DNA from: Octopus sinensis
Lineage: Eukaryota
Length of the DNA stretch: 64,000 nt
Reading direction: 5' to 3'
Assembly (NCBI RefSeq): GCF_006345805.1
Contig: NC_043008.1
Coordinates: 50,158,001-50,222,000 of the forward strand
Shown: piece by piece, positions 47,741-61,245 of the stretch
How positions within the stretch are numbered: position 1 is the first letter of the stretch
Layout of the letters: each line of letters begins with the position of its first letter
Notes under the pieces: model-generated
The model's database searches: none
Told to the model about the DNA's origin: nothing
What the model saw: only the letters and a program-made list of their open reading frames with translations
Program-made: the position numbers and the translations under genes

Positions 47741-49140
47741 TTTGGGAAATATTTTGGGGGACTCTCAGAACATGTCCAAACAAAAACTTATTTTGCCATT
47801 GGCTGAGATACTTTCAGCTCTTGCATTTAGCTTGTGGTCTGTCCGAATTAAGCAGGCTTACAATCAAAAGAATTCTGGCCACAACCATCCTGTCTTTTAT
47901 TTTTTCAGGAATATGATACATGGGAAGACATCATCCATCATGTCCTTGATTTTTTTTCCAAGATTAGGGTGTGGGGTATATGAGAGAAGTAAAGTTTGAG
48001 CACTTGATCAATCAAGATGGTGATCGAGAAAGAAAGCACCCAGTAACCTTAACATTTGGTTTCAGAAAGACCAGCTCAGTAAAGGTGCCAGTTGTGTGTG
48101 TGACAGAAAGGCATAGGACCCCTTTGGCTGGTGTCCTCAGGTTCATCAATACATTGGGTAAAATTTGGTACGGAAACTGCAGAAGCCTTTAGTGTGTAAG
48201 TCTTTGTGTCTGTGTTTGTCCCCTACCACTGCTTGACAACTGGTATTGGTGTGATTATGTCCTTGTAACTTAGCAGTCCAGCAAAAGAGACTGATAGAAT
48301 AAGTACCAGACTTTTTTAAAAACAAATTAAATAAAAATTAAATACTGAGGTTGACAAGTAAAAATTGTTCAAGGCAGTGCCCCAGCGTGGCCACAGTCTA
48401 ATGACTGAAACAAGTAAAAGATAAAAAGATGTATGTGTATGTATATATGTATACAGATGTGAGTATACGACTGAATATGTATTCTCTTGTCTTGACATCT
48501 GCACACCAATTGTAAACGAAGGGTCACCATTTATACAAAACGGTGTCACTTGTTTGCAGTCTTCTGTGAAAGCATATCCAGACTTCTTGATACACCTTGG
48601 CATTTGCTTGTTGATTGTTGATTCCACTATTCATACAAACAGCTGGCATCCACTTGCAGTCTTCTATGAAGCCATGTCCAGAGAGTTCACTGTTTGATAG
48701 ACTGGGGGGAATAAATTCCTCACTTGAAAACAGGCAAGGGTTGGCAACAGAAACAGCATCTAGCCATAGAAAATTCTGTTTCAGCAAAGTTTATCTAGGC
48801 TTGCATGGATCAGATGATCCATGCAAGCAGTGAAAAAGTGGGTGTTAAGATGATGATTTTATATATATATAAGAAAATTCTTTATGAATTAACTCAGAAA
48901 TTAAGGCCAATTCGGTAATAACGGAATTTTTTTAGAAATTTCTGTCGGCTTGCTTTGAGACGCATCCTTAGAGTGATGAATTATATGTGGTTATTAATGA
49001 TCAATTTGTCTATTTTCAGCATATTTGGCATTGGAATTTTTTTTCCTTTTGCCCTTGTTTATAAGTTGTTTATAAATTTAGCCTTTAAAGGTATTTTTTA
49101 ATATGCTGGCCACTGAAAAAAATTTTTCGAAAATTTTATC

Positions 49141-49181
<41 letters not shown>

Positions 49182-49964
49182 TTTTATATGTTTCAGCCTT
49201 GAGGCTGTGGACATGCTGGGGCACTGCCATATATACAAATGTTTTTATGTTATAATAAAAATGATTTTACATTAAATTGAAGGATTACTCAAAACATTTG
49301 GTTGAGTGCAAATTTAATATTCTTTAACAAGAATAGCATTGACAGGTAGTTTGAAATTTTGACCGATTAAGCTATCAATGAACTGTCCAATGATGGCTTG
49401 TATATATTTATATACATTCAGAAGTCAAACATGCATACTAATAAACAGACAGATAAGACACAGAAGGTCAAGTTGTAAAACAGATACTAAATACACAAAT
49501 GAACAGAAAACAAACACTGAAGGTCACAACAAAAAAAAAAAGCCATGGTTTAGGATAGACAAGTGTTGTGTAAAGACAAAGGAGAGAAGAAAAATGTCCT
49601 AAAGGACTAAAAACAAGAGAAAGGCAGAGCAAGGAACACGGAGAAGGGTTACCAATCCAGTCGATGGCAACATGAGAAAGGAGGACGCTGCCTTAGATTG
49701 TGACCAGTCATGTGGGAGTGGAAGGAGAGAGGAAGAGTCAGAGGGGGGGATAACATGGAGGGAAAGAGAGAAAGGAAGATGAATGGGAGGGAAAGGAGAG
49801 TTGCACAAAAAATATTCCAAGAATATTTCTATGAATGGGTGAAAAAATGAGTGCGTTGCGTTATGAGATTAATATTTTCAGAAATTATTTAGTAATAATA
49901 CAAGAAAAGCTATTTATAAACCAATCTTCATGCAAGGTTTTCTAGATTGTTGATAAATAGAATT

Positions 49965-50237
49965 TTGTGACTGATATGATGGACAATGGTTAATGCATAT
50001 TGACCCTAGTCACAACTGTGACAGATGATGCAACTATGTGGTTAATGCAGCTGTGAATGTGATTAATGTTACTGCACGTGACTAGGACAGCTGCGTGTTA
50101 CTGATACAGCTGGAAATGTGACTGATGACATGGCTGCCTTTTCTAGCAGGTCAAGCAGACACCTAGAGATTTCCACAATGATTTTTTCAATGACCATGTG
50201 AATCCTTGTTAGCTGATACTTCTACTAAGTTGTATAG

Positions 50238-50272
<35 letters not shown>

Positions 50273-50605
50273 CATCCACCAATCCGATCGTGGCCGTTGC
50301 CAGCCTCGCAAAAAGCACCCACTACACTCACGGAGTGGTTGGCGTTAGGAAGGGCATCCAGCTGTAGAAGCACTGCCAGATCAGACTGGAGCCTGGTGCA
50401 GCCTTTCTGGTTTCCCAGATCCCCGGTCGAACCGTCCAACCCATGCTAACATGGAAAGCGGACGTTAAATGATGATGATGATGTAGCTGTGTGCGTGACT
50501 GAAGCAGCTGCATGTGATTAAAGCTGTTGCATTTGACTAAAACAATTGTATTGCTGTTGCCACTGTACTGACTATTGTGACTAATGCAATTAGCTAATTG
50601 ACAAA
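49965..50605. repeat. Degenerate minisatellite with about 18 bp period, split by later insertions
   Basis: Units resembling GCAGCTGCATGTGACTAA at about 49965-50135 and 50482-50605. Confidence 0.55.
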
Positions 50606-51329
50606 ATTGTTTGAACTCTAACAAATCAATGGAAGAGCTTCAACATGATTACAGACTTGCTGGAAATTGTAATCAAATCTCCCTCAAATTACACACAGGT
50701 GCAAGGGTTCTCAACCATTTTTTTGCCCCTGTGGATCCTTTTGATCCCTATTTCACTCTACTGTATATAAAAAGTTATTTTATTGTATTTTTGTAATTAA
50801 ATATTATTAAGAATGGTATAAAAAAAATTTTATATTTTTTGTATTGTAGATAAATTTTAACCACAAAATCTTATATGAACACCCCCACCCCCCACTCCCC
50901 GGGCCAGAGGAACCCCAGATGAGAACTGCTTCCCTAATGGCTTAAAAAATGGGAAGGCTACATTGGATAATGAGTCTAACAATAAGATTGAGTGGTCACA
51001 GTAGGACCTACCTAGTGTCAGGGTAGACTTGGAGTCAAGCAACAACCAATGAGGGAGAAAACTATATGGTTACTTGATTTGCTTGAAATAGCAGTCAGAT
51101 GTCCTTTTAAACATTTCTTATCATCCTTAAGAAAAGCACTTGTTGGATAATGTTGTCTTGGGTCACTTGCACATGGGAGAAAGATGATAAAGTACGGCTG
51201 AAGTATTTGAGCACGGATGTGCTCCTTCAGAACTGGCCTGGGGTTAAACAACAACAACTCAAGTGTTTTGGACTGTTGAGGGTGCCTCCCCACCAGGCAT
51301 GGGCAGCCTTTTTTGAGAAGTGGGTCACA

Positions 51330-51640
51330 TGAGGCTTGTCTTTTTGTCTTGAGACAGCATTCACCCAGGGTGGGTTGAGCTGGCTTCATTCATCCTCAGT
51401 GCTGTATCTCTCACAAACGCCAACCAGGCCTGGCAATTTGAGGCTAACGACCGCATGATCTCCAACCACTCCTTATTCCAACGGCAAATGCTGTAGATAT
51501 GGGGGCCTAGCTTGGGTCCCAGATCAGCCTTGACTGTCATCAGCCAGGTTTTTCTTTGTCCGCCACATGAGGCTTGGCTCCTCATCAGGTGGTCTGCACT
51601 ACCTAAACAATTCAAGGTAATTTTTCTTAGGTGTGCCATT
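51330..51640 (-). mobile_element. RTE-type LINE 3' end (similar 3' end at about 1813-1933, + strand, with CAAGTA tail)
   Basis: GGQRKTWLMTVKADL...RWNKEWLE....LASNCQAW.AFVRD is a typical RTE ORF terminus. 1813-1933 encodes DLAQDRRVWAAMVRDA. Confidence 0.7.
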
Positions 51641-53479
51641 CGGAAAGTCTCATTGGCTGCAGGTTACCCATGGATACTCTGAACAGTCACTTGGTCTGCT
51701 AGAAATAGTAGCTAGATAGCCTTCAAATATTACACCTTACTGCATTAACCCTTTTTGTTACCATATTTGTATTGAAAGACACTGACATTGTTTTAATTAA
51801 CTTTTGAAAATAATGAATTTAATGAAATAACTTCATAATTATAGTCAAGCTAAAGTGAAGACCAAATATTATTGTGCAATGTGTTTAATTGGAAAAATAT
51901 GGCCATCCCCAAGTATAACAATAATTTTGTCGTTATTAAGCTGATGTTTGGAACATAAAATTAACAGGAAATTTTTATGGAAGATTTTAATTTAGATCAC
52001 ATTAAAATACGTAAATTTGAATCATAGAGCCAAGGGTGATTTGAGGCAGGTTGGTATCAAAAAGGTGTAAGAAAGAAAGAGATACATTCATCATCATCAT
52101 TTAACATCCACTTTCCATGCTGGCATGGGTTGGACGCCTTGACTATGGGCTGGCAAGTGCCAGATGGCTGCACCAGGCCCCAATCCGATCTGGCAAAGTT
52201 TCTGCAGTCGGATGCCCTTCCTAGCGCCAACAACTCTGAGAGTGTAGTGGGTGCTTTTTGCCCTTTAGTGTTCAGATTACTCTGACAAATGCCAGGTAAA
52301 AGCATCCAGTACATTCTATAAAGGGGTCGGCATTAGGAAGGGCATCCAGCCATAGAAGCCATGCCAAAACAGACAAATGGAGACTGGTCAACTCCTGTCA
52401 AACCGTCCAACTCTTGACATGGAGAATGGACATTAAATATTGTGGTTTTAATGATTTATTCACAATTTTAAATTAATCATGTATTATACCATGGCTTGGA
52501 AATTTGGAAGATGTGATTGTTTATAAATCACATATAAAACAGGTTGAATGTTTGAACCAGATATGGTCGGTTAAAATGCTAAAAGATAAACAAATCAAAG
52601 TATGTAAAATGAGACACAACTATCAGTGTTTTTGTTGGTCACATAGAAATGTCAAGGTGTTTATATAAAAAGAAGAATGGCTAATATTATCCTTCCCTCT
52701 TTCCGCCTTCTGTCCCCTTACTCTTTTTGTTGTTTTGGAAGGCTCTTACTCTGTCTGATAAATAAGAAATTCCTGAAAAATATGGAGAAAAAACATGGTT
52801 TAACTCTTTTGTTACCATATTTCCTATTTAGAATGTCTGTGTTTCTGTCAATTAATTTTAAATCTAACAAAGAATGTTGTAAGGTAACTTAGTTATCATT
52901 AAGCTAGTGTTGGAAACGTAACTTGTGACTGAGGTTTGGTGGAAGATTTTAATTCAAAACTTATGGAAACAAGACATTTGTGCTACAGAGCCAGAGGCAG
53001 TTTCAGCCGGGTTGGTATTGAATGGGTTAATTTCAAGGTTAATAGACAAAGCAGATCTGATAAGATTTGAGAAGTCTTATCAGACATTGAGAGGGAAATA
53101 AAAACTTGAAATATTTAAGATAACAGATTGGTTCAAGCAGAGAAGAAACATGTATGAAAAAAGAAAAAAGTAAAGTCAGTATCATTGGCATGTTACTGTC
53201 AATTAATTAATTAATTAATTAAATCTATTGTTTATGTAAGCTATCAGATAACAGAGGCACCCTTCCTGTCATCAACCCTTACCTGTTTCCCAGCAAGGTG
53301 ATATTTCTCCATGGCCTGATATGGGTCAGTGAAGGTCTGGGTGAATAACACTGTTGGTATGACAGTAATACTTGTTCACAGCCATTGTCTGGTATCAAGG
53401 ATACACACACACACACACACACACACATACCAAATATACGCACAGAAATTTCTCAAAGACTGCATATATTCCAATTATA

Positions 53480-53845
53480 TATAGAATAATATTATTAAGG
53501 AATATGATTCCAAACTTACACGGAAAAATTCAATTTAGTAATACTAAATGAAATTTCACAATATGTAATATGTGTATATAAATTAGAGAAGAACCACCAT
53601 GTAGCAATTCAACAATGATATACTTAAATCATACCATATAGAAAAAAATTAAAGGTACAACAAAACATTTATCTAGAACTAAATAAAGTACGACATAATA
53701 AATAAATAGTAAATAATTATATACTATTTCGTACTTCATTTAGTTCTAGGTAAATGTTTTATTGTACCTTTAATTTTTTTCTATATGATTTAATTATATC
53801 ATTGTTGAATTGCTACATGGTGGTTCTTCTCTAATTTATATATAT
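53480..53845. mobile_element. Asymmetric fold-back element (about 125 bp arms)
   Basis: TATAAATTAGAGAAGAACCACCATGTAGCAATTCAACAATGATATA...AAAGTACGA is mirrored by TCGTACTTCATTTAGTTCTAG...CATTGTTGAATTGCTACATGGTGGTTCTTCTCTAATTTATA. Unpaired extension on the left, TA-rich flanks. No hammerhead core seen. Confidence 0.75.
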
Positions 53846-56417
53846 CTATATATATTGCATATATACATACGCAGTGCCCATTTTCACCACCATTACCAAC
53901 AAGACTTCAAAATTTCACACACACACTTTATCTTTGTATTTGTTCCCTAACCATTACAACTGGTGTTTGTTTGTTTACATTCCAGTGACTTAGTGCTTTG
54001 GCAAAAGACATCGATATAATGTGTACCAGACTTTAGAAGAAAAATGTGTCTTGAGGTTGATTAGTTCAACTAAATCCTTTCAAGGCAGTGCCCCAGCGTG
54101 GCCACAGTCCAGTGATTGATAAAAGTAAAAGATAAAAAACAAATCAAGTATGTGAAATGAGACACACCCCTCACCTACCAATGAGAGTTCCTCCATCAGG
54201 CTACTCAGTCCCCTGGAAACAACAACCAAATCTCACACAAATTACATTACACACCCTATTGACCTTAGACAGAAAAAGTGACACAATGGGATGGTGTAGT
54301 CCTAGATTTACTATACAAGAAAGAAAAATAGAGTAGTTATGGTCTACTGCTGAACCTGGGCTAAACAGCAACACATATCCTAAATAAACACATCTCAGAT
54401 CAGCAGTAAAGGTTTTTGTGAATTGTTCTTCATAGAAAGCAAAATATTTAGGTTAACGGTCGTATTACATCACATCTTCTATTGTTAAACATTTAACTGG
54501 CTGAGGATTTGTTTTTAACTATTTTTATAATTTTGTTGGAATAACCTTGTCTTGTTCTGGATTTTAAAAATTATATATTTAAAAAAAAAATTTTTTTGGA
54601 GCAGGCATGGCTGGGTGTTTATGAAGCTTGCCTTACAACCACATGGTTTAGGGTTCAGCCCCACTGTGTAGCACCTTGGGTGTCTCCTACTATGTTTCAA
54701 GTCATTTTGTTATGACTTTTATTTGTTTCGGTCATTGGACTGTGGCCATGCTGGACCACCACTCTGAAATGTTTAGTTCAGTAAATTGAATTCAGTATTT
54801 ATTTTCAAGTTTTCTACTACTTATTCTGTTTGTGCCATTTTCCAAACTGCTAAGTCACAGGGTTGTAAACAAACCAATACTGGCCATCAAGTTGTCGGGA
54901 GGCTTCCACACAGTTTCCTACCAAATTCACTCAAAAGCATTGTTTGGCTCAAGGCCGTAGAAGACACTTGCCCAGGGTGCCATGCAGTGGGACTGGAGCC
55001 AAAGCCATGCCATTGCAAAATGAACTTCATAGCTACCGATTCCACTCAAGTACCCTTTGCTTCTCATCGTCCCAGAATCATTGACATTCTCCTGTCTTTT
55101 ACATGTTTCAATGAGTGGACTGTGGCCATGCTGGGGCACTTCCTCACAGGGGTTTAGCCAGTGGAAGTATCTCTAGTATTTATTTGAAAGTCTAATGCTT
55201 ATCCTCTTGGTCTTTTTTCGGCGAAACACTAAGTCACAGAGACCTAATCCAGCACCAGTTGTCAAGCTGTGAGAGAGGCACACACACACCCATTTTTGTG
55301 TCATTTCCCCAGGCTTTTCCTGGTTTAAACAAAGTTGCAAGGCATTCTTTTACAGCTTTTCTCATTGCTAATCCTTGAAATACTCCAGAAAGAATTTGAG
55401 TAAAAGTTTGCACATAAGCAACTCATTCTTTGTATTTAAGGTAGACTGGTTAGTATATTGTAGGGGTTTAATGATGACATTAGTTACATGTCATTGCTAC
55501 ATGAACTGGAGCAATGATGGCATTGGGAGAGAAAATCCTGGGTGACTCTAGATGGTGTTAGTAGTAACAGGAGGGTGGTTAACCCTTTAGCATTCAGATT
55601 ACTTTATTTGTTTTCATTCTTTTGAATTAATCATGCATTGTTTCATAGCTTTGAGATTTTGATGTCATCATCATTTAATTTCCGTTTTCCATTGGTTGAC
55701 AGTTTGCCAAGAGCCACATCAGATTCCTGTCTGTTTTGGCATGGTTTCTACAGCTGGGTGCTCTTCTTAGTACCAACCACTTTAGAGAGTGTACTGAGTG
55801 CTTTTTTCATGGCACCATCAACAGTGCTTTTTTACTTGGCACCCACACACATGATTGTTTATTTTTAGAATGACATTGTTCGGTAGGTGTGAAGACCAAA
55901 TCTAACCCGTTTAAATGGTTAAAGGTTAAAGAGAAAAAGAGCTAAATGGTACAGTGTACCCTTTTGATAACATTGATTATATGTGATTGCTACATGGCCT
56001 GGAATGAAAGGTAGAAAGAAAGAGAACTCCATAGGTTACCAGATGGTCTTAGTGGTATGGGGGCATTTAAAGCAGCTATATCAGGTCCAAATAGCTCGTC
56101 TGTTTTATGTTCAGACTGGCCAGATCCAGTCTCTTATATCTATCCTCCAACTGTCATTCCAAAAATAGTCACATCATTAAAATCTCAAAGCTTATGAGAC
56201 AATGCATGATTAATTCAAAACGATGCAGATAGATAAGCATTAGATTTGACAGAGTAATCTGAATTCTAAACCATTACAGGAATATAAAGGTAAGATAGTA
56301 CATAGTGTCTTTTGTGCCATTAGCTCTTTTGATGCCAAACTGTCCAAGAATGTCCATGGATCTATGAAGGAAACTTTCCCTTTCAAAGTGGACTAAATTA
56401 AAACCTTCTATAGAAAT

Positions 56418-56697
56418 CAAGGCTGTGGAGCTGAAATAAAACAAACTTTGACTCCTGTACTATTGGCACCTCCGACTCCAATTCCAACTCTGACTCCTCT
56501 TTATGTAATTAAGTGATTATGGTCTACATATCACATAAAGCATATGCATACGCTTGTACTTTGAGTGGGCCTTATGTTATAACTGGTTTATATTAAAGAA
56601 TAAAGACATAACGAGTCAGAATCAGAGTCGGTATAGTTTTACCGACTCCGACTCCAGCTACCCCTTAATTGTTTCCGACTCTGACTCCAGAGCCCTG
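56418..56697. mobile_element. hAT-type MITE with (GACTCC)n subterminal repeats
   Basis: Ends CAAGGCTGTGGAG / CTCCAGAGCCCTG, 8 bp TSD ATAGAAAT (56410-56417, 56698-56705). Confidence 0.85.
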
Positions 56698-58162
56698 ATA
56701 GAAATTTCATATTAATTTATGTTCCAGTGAAGGTGGATGGCTCAGTGGTTAGATCATCATGAGGCTTGCAATCATGAGGTAGTGAGTTCGCTTCCTGGAC
56801 CAGGCTGTGTGTTGTGTTCTTGAGCAAGACACTTTATTTCACGTTGCTCCAGTTCATTCAGCTGTAGAAATGAGTTGCGAATTTACTGGTACCAAGCTGT
56901 ATCGGTCCCTTCGCCTTTCCCTTGGATAACATCAGTGGCATGGAGAGGGGAGGCTGGTATGCATGGGTGATTGCTGGTCTTACACAAACAACCTTGCCCA
57001 GATTTGTGTCTCGGAGGGGGACTTTCTAGCTGCAATCCCATGGCCATTCATGACTGAAGTGGAGTCCTTTATGTTCCAAATACCAGTTCAAGAATGATAA
57101 AATTACTTTACTTAATTCTTCATTATTACCCAAAATTAATTAAAACAAAGGTATTTTATTTTAGCAGGAATTTGGTAACAAAAGGGTTAACATGACATTT
57201 TTTCTTGACCTTACATTAAGGAGAAAACCATTTTCTCATTTCATGAATGAATGTGTATTGTTTGTAGTGAGAGGAGAATGTTTAATGAGAGATAAAGGCT
57301 AAAGAGACCTTGTGTCTTTGCTAATTATGATAACTTTGTTAATTATGCTATTGCTACAACATCTGACATTATAGAGATAACAATTTTCTCATTTTGGTGA
57401 ATGATTTGGTGGTGTTCATAATGAATGGTCCACCCTCTCACTGTACCACTCAGCATTTAAACCAGCCATTATCTGGCCCCAAATATTCTACCTGTGCAAA
57501 CCAGCTGGGTCTGGCCCCTCGTTCTTACTCTACCATGTCAGTCTAAAAATAAACAATCCCACTGAAATCTCAGTGCTACAACATAATGCATGATTACTTC
57601 AAAACAGTGTAAATAAATATTACATTTGACAGAGTAAGCTGAATGCTTAAGGGTTTAATAGTCATACAAATGCCGCTTTTTAGAAAAGAGAAATCTTCTA
57701 GTTTCTTCATGTTGCTTAGAAATGTCTGTAAAAAAAAATAGCAAAGTAATGAAATATCATCCATGTTTTGTTGTTAGTATTCTTGAATCCTTTAATTTTT
57801 TTCCTTTGGTTTCTGTTGTCTTTGATGTTGCTACATATAATACAGTGGTTCTTAAAGAGAGTCCACATGACCCTTGGGGATCCATTTAAGAATTTCTTTT
57901 AAAAATTTATCTGCAATAAATTGCTTATATTTCTCCAATACACAAAATATTGTAATCTCTTTTCATGCAATTCCTCATAAAATTTTTCTTATATAGGCAC
58001 AGGTGTGGCTATGTGGTAAGAAGCTTGCCTCCCAACCACATAGTTCTGGGTTCAGTCCCACTGCATTGTACCTTGGGCAAGCATCTTCTACTATAGCTTC
58101 AGGCTGACTAATGCCTTGTGAGTGGATCTGGTTGACAGAAACTGAAAGAAGCTCATCATATA

Positions 58163-59383
58163 TTTGGTTATCCCATAAATAATGCAGTTTTTTTTCAATT
58201 GCATGAACTAAAAGTTGGATAAACTACCTGCATCAACTTGCTATAAAAGCAGGTAGTAATTTTACCTTCTGCTTATTCTTAATTCAAGTTTTGAAGAGTT
58301 CCGGTCGATTCTAACAGTTATTTTTTTCAAAACTATAATGGAAGGAACAAAGGAGCATATTCAGCATATTTTGCTTTCTGAGTTCAATAAAGACCACAAC
58401 ACAACGGAAAGTGTGAGGAATATTAATGCTCTATGTTGAGATCGGACATTAAGCGTAAGCCAGTGTCAACGATGGCTCTAGAAATTCCAAGCCAGAAACT
58501 ACAGACAAGAAGACGAGCCTCCTCCTGGAAGATCTGTAGAGCTCAATGAGGACATCCTGCAAACCCCAGTGGAACAAAATCTCATCGTAACTGTTGAGAA
58601 TTTGAGAAGCTTGGATTTGATCATTCAACTATTTGACAGTTACATGCCATTAGAAAACTCGGCAAATTGGGTCAATGGGTTCCGCACAAACTTTCCAAGT
58701 CTAATCGCATGCAAAGAGTGAATGTGTGCTCTTCTTTGCTGTCACGTCTTACGAATGAACCTTTTTTTGGACCAAGTAATGACTGGTGATGAGAAATGGG
58801 CTATAAGAATGTCAAGCGCCGAAGACAGTGGATGGGGAGAGAAGAAATACTGACACCTAGGCTAAAGAAGGTGTTATCTGTTTGGGATATGAAAATTTAG
58901 TCCATTTTGAACTTTCAAATGATAACAAAGATCTTCTGCAAGCAGCTTAAGTCAGCACTAGAAGGAAAATGACCATCTTTGGTGGTTTCAAGACAAAAGA
59001 TGTTCTTCCATCAGGATAATGCTTGGCCACATACAGTGAGGCTGACATTCCAAAGGCTGGAGCAGTTTCAATGGGAAACGATGCCTCACCCGACCATATT
59101 CGCCGGACATTGCCCCATCTGATTATCATTTACTCTGCAGTCTTCAAAATCATTTGGACAGAAAAAATATGAATTTTGTAGATGAGGTCAGAACAGTACT
59201 GGAGGAGTATTTTTCATTATAGACAAGTGAATTTTGGAAGAGGGGCCTTGCAAATTTACCAGATAGACAGAAGAGCATTGTAGAAAAGGAAGGAGTGTAT
59301 TTTAGGTCAAAAAAGAACTTTATCTTAATTTTAAAAATAAAAGAAGTATAAAAAAAACCCATGTTATTTATGGGCTGACCCAA
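58163..59383 (+). mobile_element. Near full-length decayed mariner inserted in a SINE microsatellite
   Basis: TIRs TTTGGTTATCCCATAAATAATG / CATGTTATTTATGGGCTGACCCAA with TA TSD. Motifs WVPHKL, VMTGDEKW, FHQDNAWPH and PYSPDIAPSDY, with stops and frameshifts. Confidence 0.92.
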
Positions 59384-60089
59384 TAGATGTGTGTGAGTGT
59401 GTGCATATGTATATATCTATGTCAGTGTTTGTCCCCCCCCCATCACTGCTTAACAACCAGTGCTGGTGTGTTTATGTTACTGTAACTTAGCAATTTGACA
59501 AAAGAGACCAATAGAATAAGTACTAGACTTGAAAAATAAATCCTGGGGTCAATTTGTTCGACTAAAATTCTTTGAGGCTGTGCTCCAGCATGGCTGAAGT
59601 CAAATCCACTCACAAAGCATTGGTCAGCCCGAGACTACAACTCGCCCAAGGTGCCACACAGTGGGACTGAACCCAGAACCATGTGGTTGGTAAGCAAGCT
59701 TCTTACCACACAGCCACTCTTGCTATAACAATTCTGAAAATTTGCGGCATGGACGCACCAGCTCTTGTAGAACTGCAGTGTTTATGCAGCGGCAGTGTTG
59801 CTGCTGACATATTTTTGGATTCTATGAAAATATGAGAATAGAAAATAATGATAAGCGTTTCACTAGCAAGATTCACCTGCTTTTGTTTCAGTGTTTATGA
59901 AGACAGCAGTGAGGGCGGGGGGTAGTCTTCAGATTGCAAAAGTATTTTGGATGGAATGGAATTGCAAGAATGCTTCTATCTCAGTTTTGGCATTAACTAA
60001 AACCATTTTACCGCCTCCCCCTTCTCCCCTCCCCTCTAATGTCTTGTGTGGTTTATTTTAATAATTTTCCTTTTCTCTTCAATTTGCAG

Positions 60090-60190
60090 ACAATCTTTCA
60101 AAATCATGAGATTGATTTTAATATACGATGGCTGGCTGTACTCTACTTTAAGAATGGTATTGAACGATACTGGCGGCGAAATGCTCCCAA
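60090..60190 (+). CDS. IPO11: Importin-11 coding exon 2 (TIFQNHEIDFNIRWLAVLYFKNGIERYWRRNAP)
   Basis: Polypyrimidine tract + TTTGCAG acceptor, 101 nt, donor AA|GTAAGT. Contains the IBN_N motif RWLAVLYFKNGI.RYWRR. Not translated in this frame in the ORF track. Confidence 0.95.
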
Positions 60191-61172
60191 GTAAGTATTC
60201 CACTGTTGATTGGTTGAAATGCATTTTGGTAGATTCTAGAGACTCTTATGAAGAATTCATTGCATTGTTATTAAGGTGCTGGCATGGATGTGTGGTAAGA
60301 AGTTTGCTTCCCAACCACAGGGTTTTGGGTTCAATCCCACTGCATGACACCTTAGGCAAGTGTCTTTTATTTTAACCCCAGGCCAACCATAGCCTGGATT
60401 TGGTAGACAAACTGAAAGAAGCCTGTCATATCTGTCATATATTATCATCACCATTTAATGTCTCTCCTCCATGCTGACATGGGTTGAATGGTTTGACAGG
60501 AGCCGGCAAGCCAGAGAACTGATGTTAGATAAGCGACAGACATTTACGAACCTATAAAATCTTGTGACTTTTCTTATGGGGAAGCTTCACATTTGTCAAC
60601 TTGCCCTCAATCTTAAATAAAACAGAACCAGCTAATTTCAACTTGCCAACACCTACCCAAATTCTTTGTGAGAATTTCAAAGATGACCCATCTCGTCTTC
60701 AATTCCTGACAGTGGTGTTAGGAAGAGCAGCATCCAGCTGTAAAAACCATGCCAAAACAGACACAGAAGACTGGTGCAGGCTCCTGCCTGGCTATCTCCC
60801 GTCAACCATCCAGCCCATGCCAGTATGGAAGGCGGGCGTTAAACGATGATGATGATAATGAGATGATCTACACTGTTTAGTATTATCCAATTACTTTACA
60901 ACCTGATGTGTACAAATGCTGTTTGGGAGTTTGAATTTCCTGTTTATCTTGTTGATATATCTCTCTTTTTTCTCTGTTACTCATGTTTCTACTCTCTCTC
61001 TCTCACACCCTCTACCTCACTAATGTTCCCACTTTCTTTCTCACATGCTCCTTCTCTCCATCTTACCATCCCTCCTTGTCTTCTTACTCTCTCTCACACT
61101 TACAAACTCTTTCTCCATTGTTATTTTGTATCTACACCCTTAATTTTTCTATTTTTCTCCTTTCACCTTTAG

Positions 61173-61245
61173 TGCCATAGCAGAAGAAGAGAAGAATGCT
61201 CTAAAGAAGCGTCTAATAGATAACTTCAATGAGCCTGTACCACAG
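61173..61245 (+). CDS. IPO11: Importin-11 coding exon 3 ((N)AIAEEEKNALKKRLIDNFNEPVPQ)
   Basis: Acceptor CCTTTAG, 73 nt, completes the split codon AA|T from exon 2. Donor CAG|GTGAGT. The EEEK..L...L..NFNEP motif fits importin-11. Confidence 0.93.

Noticed and set aside
56440-56697. Regularly spaced GACTCC repeats resembling a CRISPR-like array
   Set aside because: Hexamer subterminal repeats of a hAT MITE with TSD. No spacers or cas genes, and the context is eukaryotic.
60046-60375. 109 aa ORF overlapping IPO11 exon 2
   Set aside because: Wrong frame. The importin-11 sequence is in another frame bounded by splice sites.
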